Below are positions 1 to 12,312 of a stretch of 64,000 nucleotides of DNA, piece by piece. Numbering within the stretch: position 1 is the first letter of the stretch; each line of letters starts with the position of its first letter. Position numbers and translations under genes: made by a program. A model generated the notes under the pieces. That model was not told where the DNA came from and searched no databases. It saw only the letters and a program-made list of their open reading frames with translations. Source of the stretch: Octopus sinensis (Eukaryota); the NCBI RefSeq assembly GCF_006345805.1, contig NC_043010.1, forward strand, positions 67,456,001 through 67,520,000, read 5' to 3'.

Positions 1-120
1 TATTTTATTATCTCTTCAATGTCACTACATATTAATTAGATAGATAAATTAAATAGGTTTTAGCCTTTATTGGCCCAAGCCATGTCTAATTTAATTGCTC
101 CACTTGAAGGAGTCATTTAA

Positions 121-342
121 TTGTTTAGCATTCAGATTACTCTGTCGAATGTAATGCTTATTCATTCACACTGTTTTAATTTAATCATGCAATCAATATC
201 TCATAGCACCAAGATTTCAATGTTGAGATTTATTTCCTAGAATGACATTGTAGGGTAGGCATGAAAGGTTAGATATGGTTGGTTTAAAAATAAAACAGGT
301 AGAATATTTGGGCCTGATATGGCCAGTATGAATGCTAAAGGG
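121..342. mobile_element. piggyBac-like MITE, family B
   Basis: TTAA at 117-120 and 343-346. Termini (ttg)tttagcattc and gaatgctaaaggg are inverted repeats; the left end is degenerate. Confidence 0.65.
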
Positions 343-346
343 TTAA

Positions 347-879
347 CCCTTTCGATACCAACCCGACTGAAACTGGCTCTGGCACTGAGTACAAATGTCT
401 TGTTTTCATAAGTTTTGAATTAAAATCTTCCATCAAACCTTAATCACAATTCATGTTCCTAACACTAGCTGAATGATAACTAAGTTATTTTACTAAATTC
501 TTTGTTATATTTAAAATTAATTGAAAGAAACACAGAGCATCTCAAAATAAATACAGTAATGAAAGGGTTAAAATATATAATAGAGAAACAATTCTTAACC
601 TTTTCGTTACCAACCTGGCTGAAACTGGCTCTGGCTCTCAGTACAAATGTCTTGTTTTCATAAGTTTTGAATTAAAATCTTCCACCAAACCTTAGTCACA
701 ATTTATGTTCCTAACACTAGCTTAATGATAACTAAGTTATTTTACTAAATTCTTTATTATATTTAGAATTAATTGAAAGAAACACAGAGTATCTCAAAAT
801 AAATACAGTAATGAAAGGGTTAAAATACATAATAGAGAAACAATTCTTAACCCTTTTGATACCAACCTGGCTGAAACTG
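347..879 (+). mobile_element. piggyBac-like MITE family A, tandem trimer (347-567, 599-819, truncated 851-879)
   Basis: Each 221-bp unit is TTAA|CC(C/T)TTT...AAAGGG|TTAA. Period 252 bp. Confidence 0.85.
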
Positions 880-1136
880 TGAGCATCCGAGGATGTGTGT
901 GTGTGCGTCCATGAGAGGGATAGAGAAACGTGAGGTGGGGTGTGTAGGGGTGCGTTGGTGTAGGCAAGGGTGCGGATATCAAGTGTGCGGCAGGTGTATG
1001 AGTGCATGTGTGTCTTGTGTATGTGTGCGCATGTTTGCAGGTGTGTGTGATATATGTGTGGTGTATGGTATAGGAATATGAAATATAAAAAATAATACAA
1101 AGAATAATAAATAATATATGAAAAATTGGTAAAATA

Positions 1137-1312
1137 CTATCTATCTACCTATCTATCTATACATACATATATATATATATAGATATATATATATATTTAA
1201 AAAATGTAAAATCTATCTATCTGTCTGTTTGTTTGTCTGTCTGTCTATCTATCTATTGATCTATCTATCTACCTATCTGTCTGTCTATCTATCTATTGAT
1301 CTATCTATCTAC

Positions 1313-1378
<66 letters not shown>

Positions 1379-1654
1379 GTTTGTCTGTCTGTCTGACTGT
1401 CTATCAATCTATCTACCTATCAATCTACACACATACACACACACGCACACACGCACGCACACATACACACACACACACGCAAACTCAAGCTGCTGTGCTT
1501 CATGAAGGTAATTCTGTCTGTAAAAGTACACAAAATGTAGATCACTTCTCATTATTTATTGTTGATTAATTAATTAGTAAGTGAGCTGCAAGCAGTGCAA
1601 TGCGTGTGTGTGTGTGCGTGCGTGCGTGTGTGTGCGTGCGTGCGTGCGTGCGTG

Positions 1655-1686
<32 letters not shown>

Positions 1687-1725
1687 TGTGTGCGTGCGTG
1701 CGTGTATGTGTGTGTGTGTGTGTGT
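1137..1725. repeat. Compound microsatellites (TATC)n, (CA)n, (GT/GCGT)n
   Basis: Directly visible; explains the local low-complexity ORFs. Confidence 0.95.
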
Positions 1726-2103
1726 CGTGTGTATCTGCTTATTGGGAGAACGATCGTTTCGTAGTACAGTATCTCTTTCAACACAGTTTCATATTAAGAA
1801 ACCCGTGAAGCAATACAAGAACGATCTATATACAGTCAATTCCTAAATATAAAGGGCCATTGTGCTCGGTTAAAAAGGGGTCCAAAATGATGTTTATATA
1901 ACGAGTCATGAAGAAGGCCTCCGCCTGCTTGCTCGAGCTACAAAAAATAACTATATATATATATAAATATATCTCCTTTAAATTGTATCCTGCTGATTTG
2001 AAGAAGAGGAAGGCACACTGGTTGATGTATTATTAAGTATTCCTAAAGCGATAGTACGTATTTAGTTGTTGGGCCACTCAGCTGATGAAGACGCACACAC
2101 ACA

Positions 2104-2970
2104 CAGTGATACCTCGCAGTACGAATTTAATTCGTTCATTGACCGAGCTTGTTTTACGATTTACTCGTTTTACAAATCAATTTTCCCCATTGAAATTAAC
2201 TAAAATATAATTAATCCGTTCCAGCCACCCCTCAAAACCACTCAATAATAATTGTTTTCTTTTAATGGGTTTTAAAACAGAAAAAGGTGTAGTTACAAGT
2301 AAAATGACAATTATAAAAAATAGAGAACGCAAAAGAAATATGTAAACTGGTTTTATTAACTGAATTACCTTAAAGGTGGGATGATTTGTACGCAAGGAGG
2401 ACGATAGAGTTTCAACTAATATCCCAAAAGTAGTGAAAGGTCCCGCCTATAAACAACACTGATGGAGACCGAAAAAAGCCTGCAACAATCCTATGTGAAG
2501 GAGAGAGAGAGAGAGAGAGGGGGGGAGAGAGAGAGAGAAAATTTCTTTATTAACCATAAGGTTGAGAAAAAGAGGGGACGATACGAGGACAGACAAACAA
2601 ACATTGGGGTCAGGGTATCGAATGAAACGAGACGTATGAATAAACAAACTATTAGAATATATACAATTAAATGAGAATGAGTGATTTGCAAAAACTGAAG
2701 CGGAGGACGCAGTCGACCCCACAAACAACATACTCAGAGCAGCCTTCAAAGCCTGGGTTATAAAAACAAAGTTAAACCTAAAGGCCTGCTTTCATTATAC
2801 CAAGAAACGTCTTTAGCACGCTGAAAAATAAGACCCCTCTTCCAGAAGAACGGCTCCCTCACAGGTAACCTAACCAGCATCAGTGAAATGACCAGTTCAA
2901 AAGTGTCTTTACTACCCCGTTGGATAACAGACAAGTGAACGAACCAGTGGACTTTTTGTCGCCTCAACTA
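2104..2970 (-). mobile_element. Degenerate Tigger/pogo remnant
   Basis: Terminus cagtgatacctcg...cgaatttaattcgttc resembles Tigger ends. Weak minus-strand similarity PFFWKR...AK...LTLFL to pogo DDE motifs. Inner boundary uncertain. Confidence 0.45.
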
Positions 2971-3434
2971 TAACCAGCGAGGTAGTTATGATAAATTACA
3001 TTGATATTGGGGAAGAAGATATAGTACTAGCCATAGATAAGGTGGACGTAAACTCCAGCGTTCATCACTTCACATCATCTTGGCTTAACAGCTCTCACCG
3101 TTTGTTTTTACTGTTTGGTTCTTACTGTCCTGTTTTTGTTGCCACTTTAACCCTCCGCAAAAAATCCCAAATTTTATTTAATTTGCTTTGCGGGAAGGAC
3201 TGTTTCAACAAAGTCGTGTCTTGTCCTTACTTCGAAACGCGGAGTAGATAAAACAAGGATCAACTGATGAAGGGAATGTTCTTTATGTTGTCTGTCTCAT
3301 TTCTCTATTTGTTTCTTTCGTTGTTCGAAAAGAAATTCGTTTTCTATGTTTTTTACGTTTTCGTTTCTCTTTTTGTTCACGTTTTTTTATGTCCTGTACC
3401 CATATATGCATGTATATATACATATATATGTAGG

Positions 3435-3563
<129 letters not shown>

Positions 3564-4081
3564 CATATATTTATATATTATATTATTATATGATCGAACG
3601 CCACGCATCCGTTTCCAAGTATACATACAGGCATACCTCGGCTTAAGTCGTTCTCGATTATATGTCGGTTTTCAAAAATGGTATATGGAAAATGAAAATC
3701 AAGTCAAGTCATTTTACTCGACTTTACGTCAGTCCGCCACAAATATTGGAATCGTAAAATAACTAGAAAACCGTTAATAGCGCATAAAATCGTGTTACTG
3801 TACAATAAATACGAATAAAAGAATATAAATCATATTAAAGTATGTACAGTAAATGTTAAGATACACACCATAAAGTAGTGTAGCATAGTGAACGAAATCA
3901 TGAAATCATGAAATCAGCCGTGTTTTTCGGAGCTCATATTGCACTGTAGTTCCAATATCTACCGTTAGATGTGGTTGTCACTCGTGATTCCCGCGATTAT
4001 TTTGAATTCAGATTTGTTTACGTCTGTTTATCGGCTACTTTCTCATTCTCATTCATTTGTGACTTTATTTTTTGGCCCCAC

Positions 4082-4622
4082 ATGGCTCCTAAGAAAATTC
4101 TTAGTGAAAGTGCTAAACGTCAGGCTATAACGCTGGAAGATAAACTGGTTATGATAAAACGCCATGGAAAAGGTGAAAAAATGGTAGCAATTGTGCGATT
4201 TTTTGGGATGAGTTGGACAATTGTATCGACGATTGTACATAATAAGGACAAAGTTTTAGCATGTATCAAATCTGAAGCCCCAGGGATGAAGAATACTATC
4301 ATCAACAAGAGGCAAAAATCTTTGAAGAAATGGAATCTTCTTTCTCTTTGGATTGTTAGGTTGGAGGAGGAGGATTTTACAGATTTATTTGAAAAAGACA
4401 AACAGCCCCTGACGAACGAGGATTTGATAGAGCTTCACGAGCAGCAAAATAAAGAAGAAGTCGAACCTGAGTCACGTCACTAAACCATTAAGAAAATGCA
4501 GTAAGCATTTGCATATATCGAAAAAGGTCTTTCTATGTTCGAGGATATGGATCCAAATGCTAAACGCTTTTCCAATATTATGGGGGCTTGTCACGAAGCC
4601 TTTGCACCTTATAATGTAATTT
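4082..4622 (+). pseudogene. Tigger transposase remnant: CENP-B-type HTH joined to the C-terminal region, DDE domain deleted
   Basis: MAPKK...KRQAITLEDKLVMIKR...GMSWTIVSTIVHNKDK (HTH), then LTNEDLIEL...AFAYIEKGLSMFEDMDPN with stops. Continues after the insertion, with a frameshift, as KTVQGTLNRFFK at about 5460. Confidence 0.85.
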
Positions 4623-5431
4623 GGATCTTTTCCTTTTGAACGGCACTTTGTAACATAATTTCTAGGTAACTAAAAAGTTTTAAAATTCGTATACTGGTAG
4701 AATGTGTTTATAAAACATCATTTTCTCTTGGCTTTATTGAGAAAATTCTATAGGTTGTAAGATATTTCGTCTTTAATTTCGAGCATTTCGGCAATTTTAA
4801 CCAATCGCTGACCTCCATTTAGGTAAATAACATTCTGTGCATAATGAATAAGTCCCTCCTTTAAGAAACAGATTGGGTTTATTTACATTTGTGAAGAAAA
4901 AAGATACCCTTCCCTAACCCTAATCCTAACTAACCCTAACTCTAACCCTAAATCTAAAATAGATTGAAATGCAATCGATCGATACTAGGACCATTATTAT
5001 GGGTGACATTTTCATTTGACACGGCTAGAAAAAAATCTCATTTTCCATAGTGGTGTCGTATGAAATTGTCACCCATAATTATAACCCTAGTATCGATCTA
5101 TTGCATTTCAATCTATTTTAGATTTAGGGTTAGGGGTGGGGGAAGGGTATATTTTTTGTTCACAAATGTAAATAAACCCAATCTGTTTCTTAAAGGAGGG
5201 ACATATTCATACGGCACAGAATGTTATTTACCTAAATGGAGGTCAGCGATTGGTTAAAATTGCCGAAATGCTCGATTTTAAAGTGGAAATATCTTACAAA
5301 CTAGAGAATTTTCTCAATAAAGCCAAGAAAAAATGATGTTTTATAAACACATTCTACCAGCATACAAAGTTTAAAAGTGTTTAGTTAACTAGAAATTGTT
5401 TTGAAAAGTGCCATTCAAAAGGAAAAGATCC
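4623..5431. mobile_element. Merlin-like fold-back MITE (809 bp)
   Basis: GGATCTTTTCCTTTTGAA...TTCAAAAGGAAAAGATCC termini; 8-bp TSD tgtaattt (4615-4622 and 5432-5439); about 400-bp inverted arms. Superfamily inferred from GG termini and 8-9 bp TSDs. Confidence 0.75.
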
Positions 5432-6939
5432 TGTAATTTTTCGGAGAAAAAAAAAAAAAGAAGACAGTTCAAGGAACTCTCAACCGGTTTTTTAAGCGCA
5501 TCGAAAAACAAGAACACCCAGAATCAGCTGATGATGTTGATAATACACAGTCATCTACATCCGCGATGTAAACCACCAAATTGTATATACGTATTGGTAA
5601 ATCTAAAATAATTTAGTTTTTTTTTTTACTATTGCAAAATAATAATTTCTGAATTTGTTTTTTAAGCTTAAAAAAGGTTATTTTACCATGTCTTATTGCA
5701 AACCGCATTCATAAATAAAACGTCCGCAGTGTACGGTAAAAACCGCCAAATTGTATTAGTAAATTTAGATTACTTTTTTTTTCTGCACTGTTTTAAAGAA
5801 TAAAAATTATTTGTTTGTAAGCTTAAAAATAGGTTTTTTATTAACCATGTATTATTGAAAATGCATTCATAAACAAAGTACAGAACTGGGAGTGATTATT
5901 ATCAGCTTAGCTTAGAGACAAGTAAATTCGGCCTCGCCTAGAGACAAGTTAATTCGACTTAAGTCGAAAAACGACTTAAGTTGTGTCTCCTAGAACCAAC
6001 ATACAGGTATGCCTGTATATACTCAAACATACATACACACACACACATTCCAATATAGAATGCGTACGACATATAAGAAAAAAAGACTAACGCACAGTAC
6101 TTTAGAATGAAACGGAAAAAATATAAATAAAACTAATAAAAGTAAACGTCAGTGAAGATGAAAAGGTATGTCTTGTGTTTATTGTCCCAGCTATTTGCAC
6201 TGGTTACGTAAGTTTCATGAAAAAAGCCTCTGTATCTCGAAATGAAACTGTTGAGAAATCTTATTTACTGATGTGTGAAACATGTTTATCTCATTGATTT
6301 CATGGTGAGCGTCTAAGATGGAGGTTGACATTTCATAAGATTTAACTTATTTGTTTACGCCTGTTGTGACTTTGTGTGCTTCTCTTTATCTAATGCATTG
6401 ATGTCATGATTTACGAAATATGTAGATGTATATACGTATAACTCTGCTGTTGATGTGTTTACTTAACGTATGGCTAAACTTGCTTGTAAACAGGAGCTGC
6501 AGTTGAACAAATAAATAGATAAAATGTTGTTGCAAGCAGTCTGTATGTCTGTCTTGTTGGTTTGGTTTGGCTTGGCTTGGTTTGGCTTGGTTTGGCTTGG
6601 CTTGGCGTGGTTGTTATTTAGGTGGCTGGATGATGGTTGGGCTTCTGGTTGGGATGGGATATCCTGAATGCTTTTATAGCAGACAGGCTGGAAGCAAGAG
6701 GAGGATTATGATGTCTGAATGAATGAATGAATGCTTGTATTCATATCTGGATGGGCGATAATAAAGGCGGTACCGCTGCTCAGAATTTACGTAATCTCAA
6801 AGGTGAAAATTGATAATAATTTCCTTGTGGCTGTGATTGCAAATTCTTGCTGTTGTTGCTAATGTTGTCGTTATATTGTTGCTGTTGCAAAGGCGGCGAG
6901 CTGGCAAAATCGTTAGCAAGCTGAGACAAAATTCTTCCT

Positions 6940-7258
6940 GGTTGTATGGTAAGTAGCTTGCTTACGAACCGCATGGTTCCGGGGTCAGTCCCACTGCGTG
7001 GCACCTTGGGCAAGTGTCTTCTACTATAGCCTCGGGCCGACCAAAGCCTTGCGAGTGGATTTGGTAGACACACACACACACACATACATATATTCGACGG
7101 GCTTCTTTCAGTTTCCGTCCACCAAATCCACTCACAAAGCTTTGGTCGGCCCGAGGCTATAGTAGAAGACACTTGCCCAAGGTGCCACGCAGTGGGACTG
7201 AACCCGGAACCATGTGGTTAGTAAGCAAGCTACTTACCACACAGCCACTCCTACACCT
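6940..7258. mobile_element. Two SINE family-1 5' halves in inverted orientation
   Basis: 6940-7068 (+) and 7095-7258 (-) are reverse complements joined at a (CA)n tract. Confidence 0.85.
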
Positions 7259-7771
7259 ATATTTCTAGAAAATCTCAATTAAAAAAAAATACCCATTTTT
7301 CTGGAAACTAAGCTGACTCGTGTGAATTTTCTGGAACTCCTCTCTCCACCCCGAAGAATGTTTTTCATTACAAATTTCTATATAATCGAAATGTACACCT
7401 TCTAAAGGGTATTTGTAGAAAATTTCATTAAAAAGTATCAAATTTTCTGGAAGTTATGAGGAAACATAATCGAGGAGGGTGTCGGTGTCTATCTTGGACA
7501 ACATTGTTCGATGTGTCCTCTTCTAAAAAAAAATTGATATAATTTTAGTGAGACTGGTTACTATCTCTTGCTGATCAAGTGATCATATAATTACTCTCTT
7601 GTTAGTCTGCATATTAATTAATTAATCCGAGGGCCTACGTGTCTCTACGTATCTCTGAGGCTAATTAATTGATATGTGGGAAGCCTAGATCCCTTTTCAG
7701 GCTCTTTCTCATCGGAAATAATTGGGTGAGATTAATATGACTTGTTATTTATTGCCTTTGTTGCTTATGTT

Positions 7772-8902
7772 GATGATGACGATGTCAATGATTGATGATG
7801 GTGGTGGTGATGATGATGATGACAGTGATGATAATGGTGGTGATGATGATGCCAGTGATAATAATGATGACGACGATGGTGATGATGACGATGATCATGA
7901 TGGTGATGACGATGATAATGACAATGACGAGGATGATGATAATGGTGGTGATGATGATGATGATGACGATGGTGATGATGATGGTGATGATGACGATGAT
8001 GATGATGATGACGATGGTGATGATGATGATGACGATGATGATGATGATGATGATGGTGATGATGACGATGATGATGATGATGACGATGGTGATGATGATG
8101 ATGACGATGATGATGATGATGATGATGGTGATGATGACGATGATGATGACGATGGTGATGATGACGATGATGATGATGACGATGGTGATGATGATGACGA
8201 TGGTGATGATGGTGATGATGACGATGGTGATGATGATGGTGATGATGACGATGATGATGACGATGGTGATGATGATGGTGATGATGATGGTGATGATGAT
8301 GACGATGGTGATGATGATGGTGATGATGACGATGACGATGACGATGGTGATGATGACGATGATGATGATGACGATGGTGATGATGACGATGACGATGGTG
8401 ATGATGACGATGATGACGATGGTGATGATGATGGTGATGATGACGATGGTGATGATGATGGTGATGATGACGATGATGATGACGATGGTGATGATGACGA
8501 TGATGATGATGACGATGGTGATGATGATGGTGATGATGACGATGACGATGACGATGGTGATGATGACGATGATGATGATGACGATGGTGATGATGACGAT
8601 GACGATGGTGATGATGACGATGATGACGATGGTGATGATGATGGTGATGATGACGATGATGATGACAATGGTGATGATGATGGTGATGATGACGACGATA
8701 GAAAAGAGTATATTAAGCCTACTTTGGATGATGATGGTGATGATGACGATGATGATGACGATGGTAATGACGATGATGATGATAATGATGATTTCGACGA
8801 TGGTGATGATGATGATGACAATGACGATGATGATGATGACGACGACGATGATGATGACGATAGTGATGACGACGACGACGACTGATGATGATGATGATGA
8901 TG
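7772..8902. repeat. (GAT/GAC/GGT)n trinucleotide array
   Basis: About 1.1 kb, directly visible; one short unique insert at about 8700-8730. Confidence 0.95.
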
Positions 8903-9159
8903 AGAAACAGGAGCGGGATGCGAGTTGATGATGTCATTGATTATTAATGAGGCTATATTCTGTTCAGGTCGTTATTGTCGGTGTTATTTGTTGTTGATGT
9001 TGCTGTTGTGGCTGCTGCTGGTGCTGTTGTTGTTGTTAAAATTGAGGTTGCTAATCGTGCTGCTGCTGCTGTTGTTGTTGTTTGATGTTGTTGTCGATGT
9101 TGTTAATGTCTGTTTGTATTGTTAATTTATTTAGATAGCCAGTTCTTTCAGTAGCATGT

Positions 9160-11050
9160 AATGATGGTGGAGAGGGTGGTGGTGGTGATGGTGGTGGTGG
9201 TGGTGGTGATGGTGGTGGTGGTGGTGGTGGTGGTGGTGGTAGTGGTGGTGGTGACCTGATGGTGATGGTGGTGATGGTGATGGTGGTGGTGGTGGTGGTG
9301 GTAGTGGTGGTAGTGGCGGTGGTGGTGGTGGTAGTGACCTGATGGCAGTGGTGGTGATGACCTGATGGTGGTGGTGGTGGTGGTGATGGTGGTGGTGATG
9401 GTGGTGGTGGCAGCGGTGGTGATGATAGTGGTTGTGGTTGTGGTGGTGGTGATGGTGGTGGTGGCGGCGGTGATGGTGGTGGTGGTGGCGGCGGTGGTGG
9501 TGGTGGTGGTGATGGTGGTGGTGATGGTGGTGGTGATGGTGGTGGTGGTGGTGGTGGTGGTGGTGGTAGTGGTGGTAGTGGTGGTGACCTGATGGTGATG
9601 GTGGTGGTGGTGACCTGGCGGTGGTGGTGGGGGTGGGGGTGGAGTTGATGGTGGTGGCAGTGACCTGGTGGTAGAGATGATGGTGGTGGTGGCCTAGTGG
9701 TGGTGGTGGTGATGGTAGTGGTAGTGACGTGATAGTGGTGGTGGTGACGGTGGAGGTGATGGAGATGATGGTGGTGGTAGTGGTGATGGCGGTGCAGGAG
9801 ATGGTGGTGGTGGTGGTGGTGGTGGTGATGATGGTGGTGGGGGATGATGCTTATGGTGTGATGATGGTGGTAGCGGTAATGTTGGTGATGATGGTGGTGA
9901 TGACAGTGGAGATGGTCGTGGTGGTGGTTTTGATGATGGTGACGATGGTGGTGGTGCTGGTCGTCGTCGTCGTAGTGGTATTGTGGCAGCAGAGATGGAA
10001 ACAGGCAACTGATACGATGGTAACATTCGAGTGGAGGAAAGAGGGGTGTGTGGTAAAACTAGTAGTAGTAGTAGTAATGGCCATGGTAGTGGTGGTGGTG
10101 GTGGTGGTCGTGATGATGGAGTGTTATAGGTAAGACGAGGGAAATGGTATAGGAAATTGTGATGATGGTGGTGGTGGTGATGCTGCTGCTGCTGATGATG
10201 ATAGTGGTTGTAGTAGTAGTGGTGGTGGTGGTGAAGATGATGATGGTGATGGTGGTGGTGAAGATGATGTTGATGATGATGATGATAGTGGTTGTAATAG
10301 TGGTGGTGGTGGTGGTGGCGGTGGTGGTGAAGATGATGATGGTGATGGTGGTGGTGGTGGTGGTGATGCTGCTGCTGATGATAGTGGTTGTAATAGTGGT
10401 GGTGGTGGTGGCGGTGGTGGTGAAGATGATGATGATGATGGTGGTGGTGGTGGTGGTGATGCTGCTGCTGCTGCTGCTGATGATGATGATGATAGTGGTG
10501 GTTGTGGCGGTGAAGATGATGATGATGGTGGCGGTGGTGGCGTTGGTAGTTTCTGATTTAGGCACAAGGCCAACAATTTTGTTTTTTGAGGTGAGAGGAT
10601 AAATCGATACAAGTCGACCTCCCCTACCACCACCACCACCACCACTACCAGCATCACCACATCACCACAGTACCACCACCACCACCACCACCACCACCAC
10701 CACCACAGTACTTGACGGGTACTTTATTTCATCGACCTCGCAAAGATAAAAAGGCAAATTTGACCTCGGCGGGATTCGAACTCAGAAAACTTAATAAAAG
10801 TGGATGATGGTAAGCAGAGAAGAGGACGACGGTGGGACAGGGTTGGAGCGCCTTGTTGATGCTAGCAGCCGCAGATGATTGTAAACACTTTCAGTATGTA
10901 AACAATCTGATTCATTCAGGAATCCACCACCACCACCACCACTACCACCATCACCACTACCACCTTCACCACCGCCATCATTTACAAGTAAGACTTCTAA
11001 GCCTTTGTTATTCCTCCTGATCCTCCTCCTCCTCCTCCTCCTCCTCCACC
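9160..11050. repeat. (GGT/GAT)n, (ACC)n and (CCT)n trinucleotide tracts
   Basis: Directly visible; source of the poly-V/poly-P/poly-T ORFs. Confidence 0.92.
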
Positions 11051-11177
11051 TCCCTTCCTCCCTCTCGTTAGACCCCCCCCCCAAGAAAAATAACGAAGAC
11101 AGTAACACAAACAAGACCATGGAGAGAGGGGAGCGGAGCTGAAATGAAGAAAATGTGTGTGTGTGTGTGTGTATGTA

Positions 11178-12037
11178 CAGGGTGCGGTGAACAAACTGTC
11201 GTCTAAATTACGCAAAAATGAAAATAACACTGACATCTCATTTTTACAGATAAATATACCAAAAATTACATCAAAATATCTTGAACTACTAAAGAGTAAA
11301 TTTATTCAATAAAATCGCCATTGGCTTCAACCACGGCCTCCAGATGACTTCGGAATCCTCTGCAACTCTTCTGGATGGTCTCCTTCTTTAAGTTGGCGAA
11401 TGCTGCCATAATCCTTGCCTTCAGTTTATCTTTGGTGTTACAAGGAGTTTTGATGGTCTCTCGTTCAACTGCGCCCCACACATAATAATCAAGGGGGTTG
11501 CAGTCTTAAGAGCTAGGTGGCCAGATTTTAGGGGTGACGTGGTCGCAGAAATTGTCTGACAGCCATGACTGGGTTCTCCTGCTTGTGTGGCATGGTGCAG
11601 AGTCCTGTTACCAGACATAGGATCTTCCAACAGCCACCCTCTTGACCCAGGGCAGCACAACCTCCTCCTGGCACTTGATGTAGACCTCTGTGTTGAGTCT
11701 GAGGCTATGTGGTAAGATGAATGAAGGCATAACGTTGCCATCACTGGTCATCACTCCAGACACCATGATGTTGACTGGATGTTTGATTTTTATCACTCTT
11801 CGTACATGTCCTTCGATTGACACCCAAACACTCTGAAATGTTCGCACTGGAGCTTCTGGTGTGAATGCCAAGCAGTACAGCATGTTGTTTCCAAATTTCT
11901 GGCAGAGTGAATTGCATCATGGTCCTGTTTTTCTTACAGACCCTACTATAATGTGTAGTCGACAAAATCGAAAACAAACAATGCACATGCACGAAATTAA
12001 AAAGAAATAATAGTGACAATTTACCCATCGCACCCTG
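11178..12037 (-). mobile_element. Tc1/mariner DD37D (maT) element, internally deleted pseudogene
   Basis: TIRs cagggtgcg(g/a)tg. Minus-strand translation 11920 to 11302 includes YVW*QDSAPCH...WPPSS*DCNPLDYYVWG...EAVVEANGDFIE*, with 37 residues between the last two catalytic Asp. Confidence 0.9.
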
Positions 12038-12312
12038 TGTGTGTGTGTATATATTTATATATAAAAGTCTTATGATTTTTTTATGCATGCTAGCCACAAG
12101 TATAAATTATTATTTTTAATAAAATTTACCCTCGTATTTATTATAGTATAGATTTTATTGCCTTCACAGTGTTTACCGTTTTACAAAATCAAACTAGAAA
12201 CTTGGACAAAACAGAGAACACAATTGAAAAAATTTAAAAGAGAAAAAAAAAGAAAAAACCCCAAACAATTCACCACTTTGGGTTGAAAAGTTGGGGGCAC
12301 TGGGAGACCTCT

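Larger units (their letters stand above)
3628..6015 (+). mobile_element. Tigger/pogo DNA transposon, internally deleted, with a nested insertion
   Basis: TA|CAGGCATACCT ... AGGTATGCCTG|TA (11-bp perfect TIR, TA TSD) plus a transposase remnant. Confidence 0.9.

Noticed and set aside
4911-4951. True telomere or chromosome fusion site
   Set aside because: A short degenerate tract embedded at a fixed position within a MITE.
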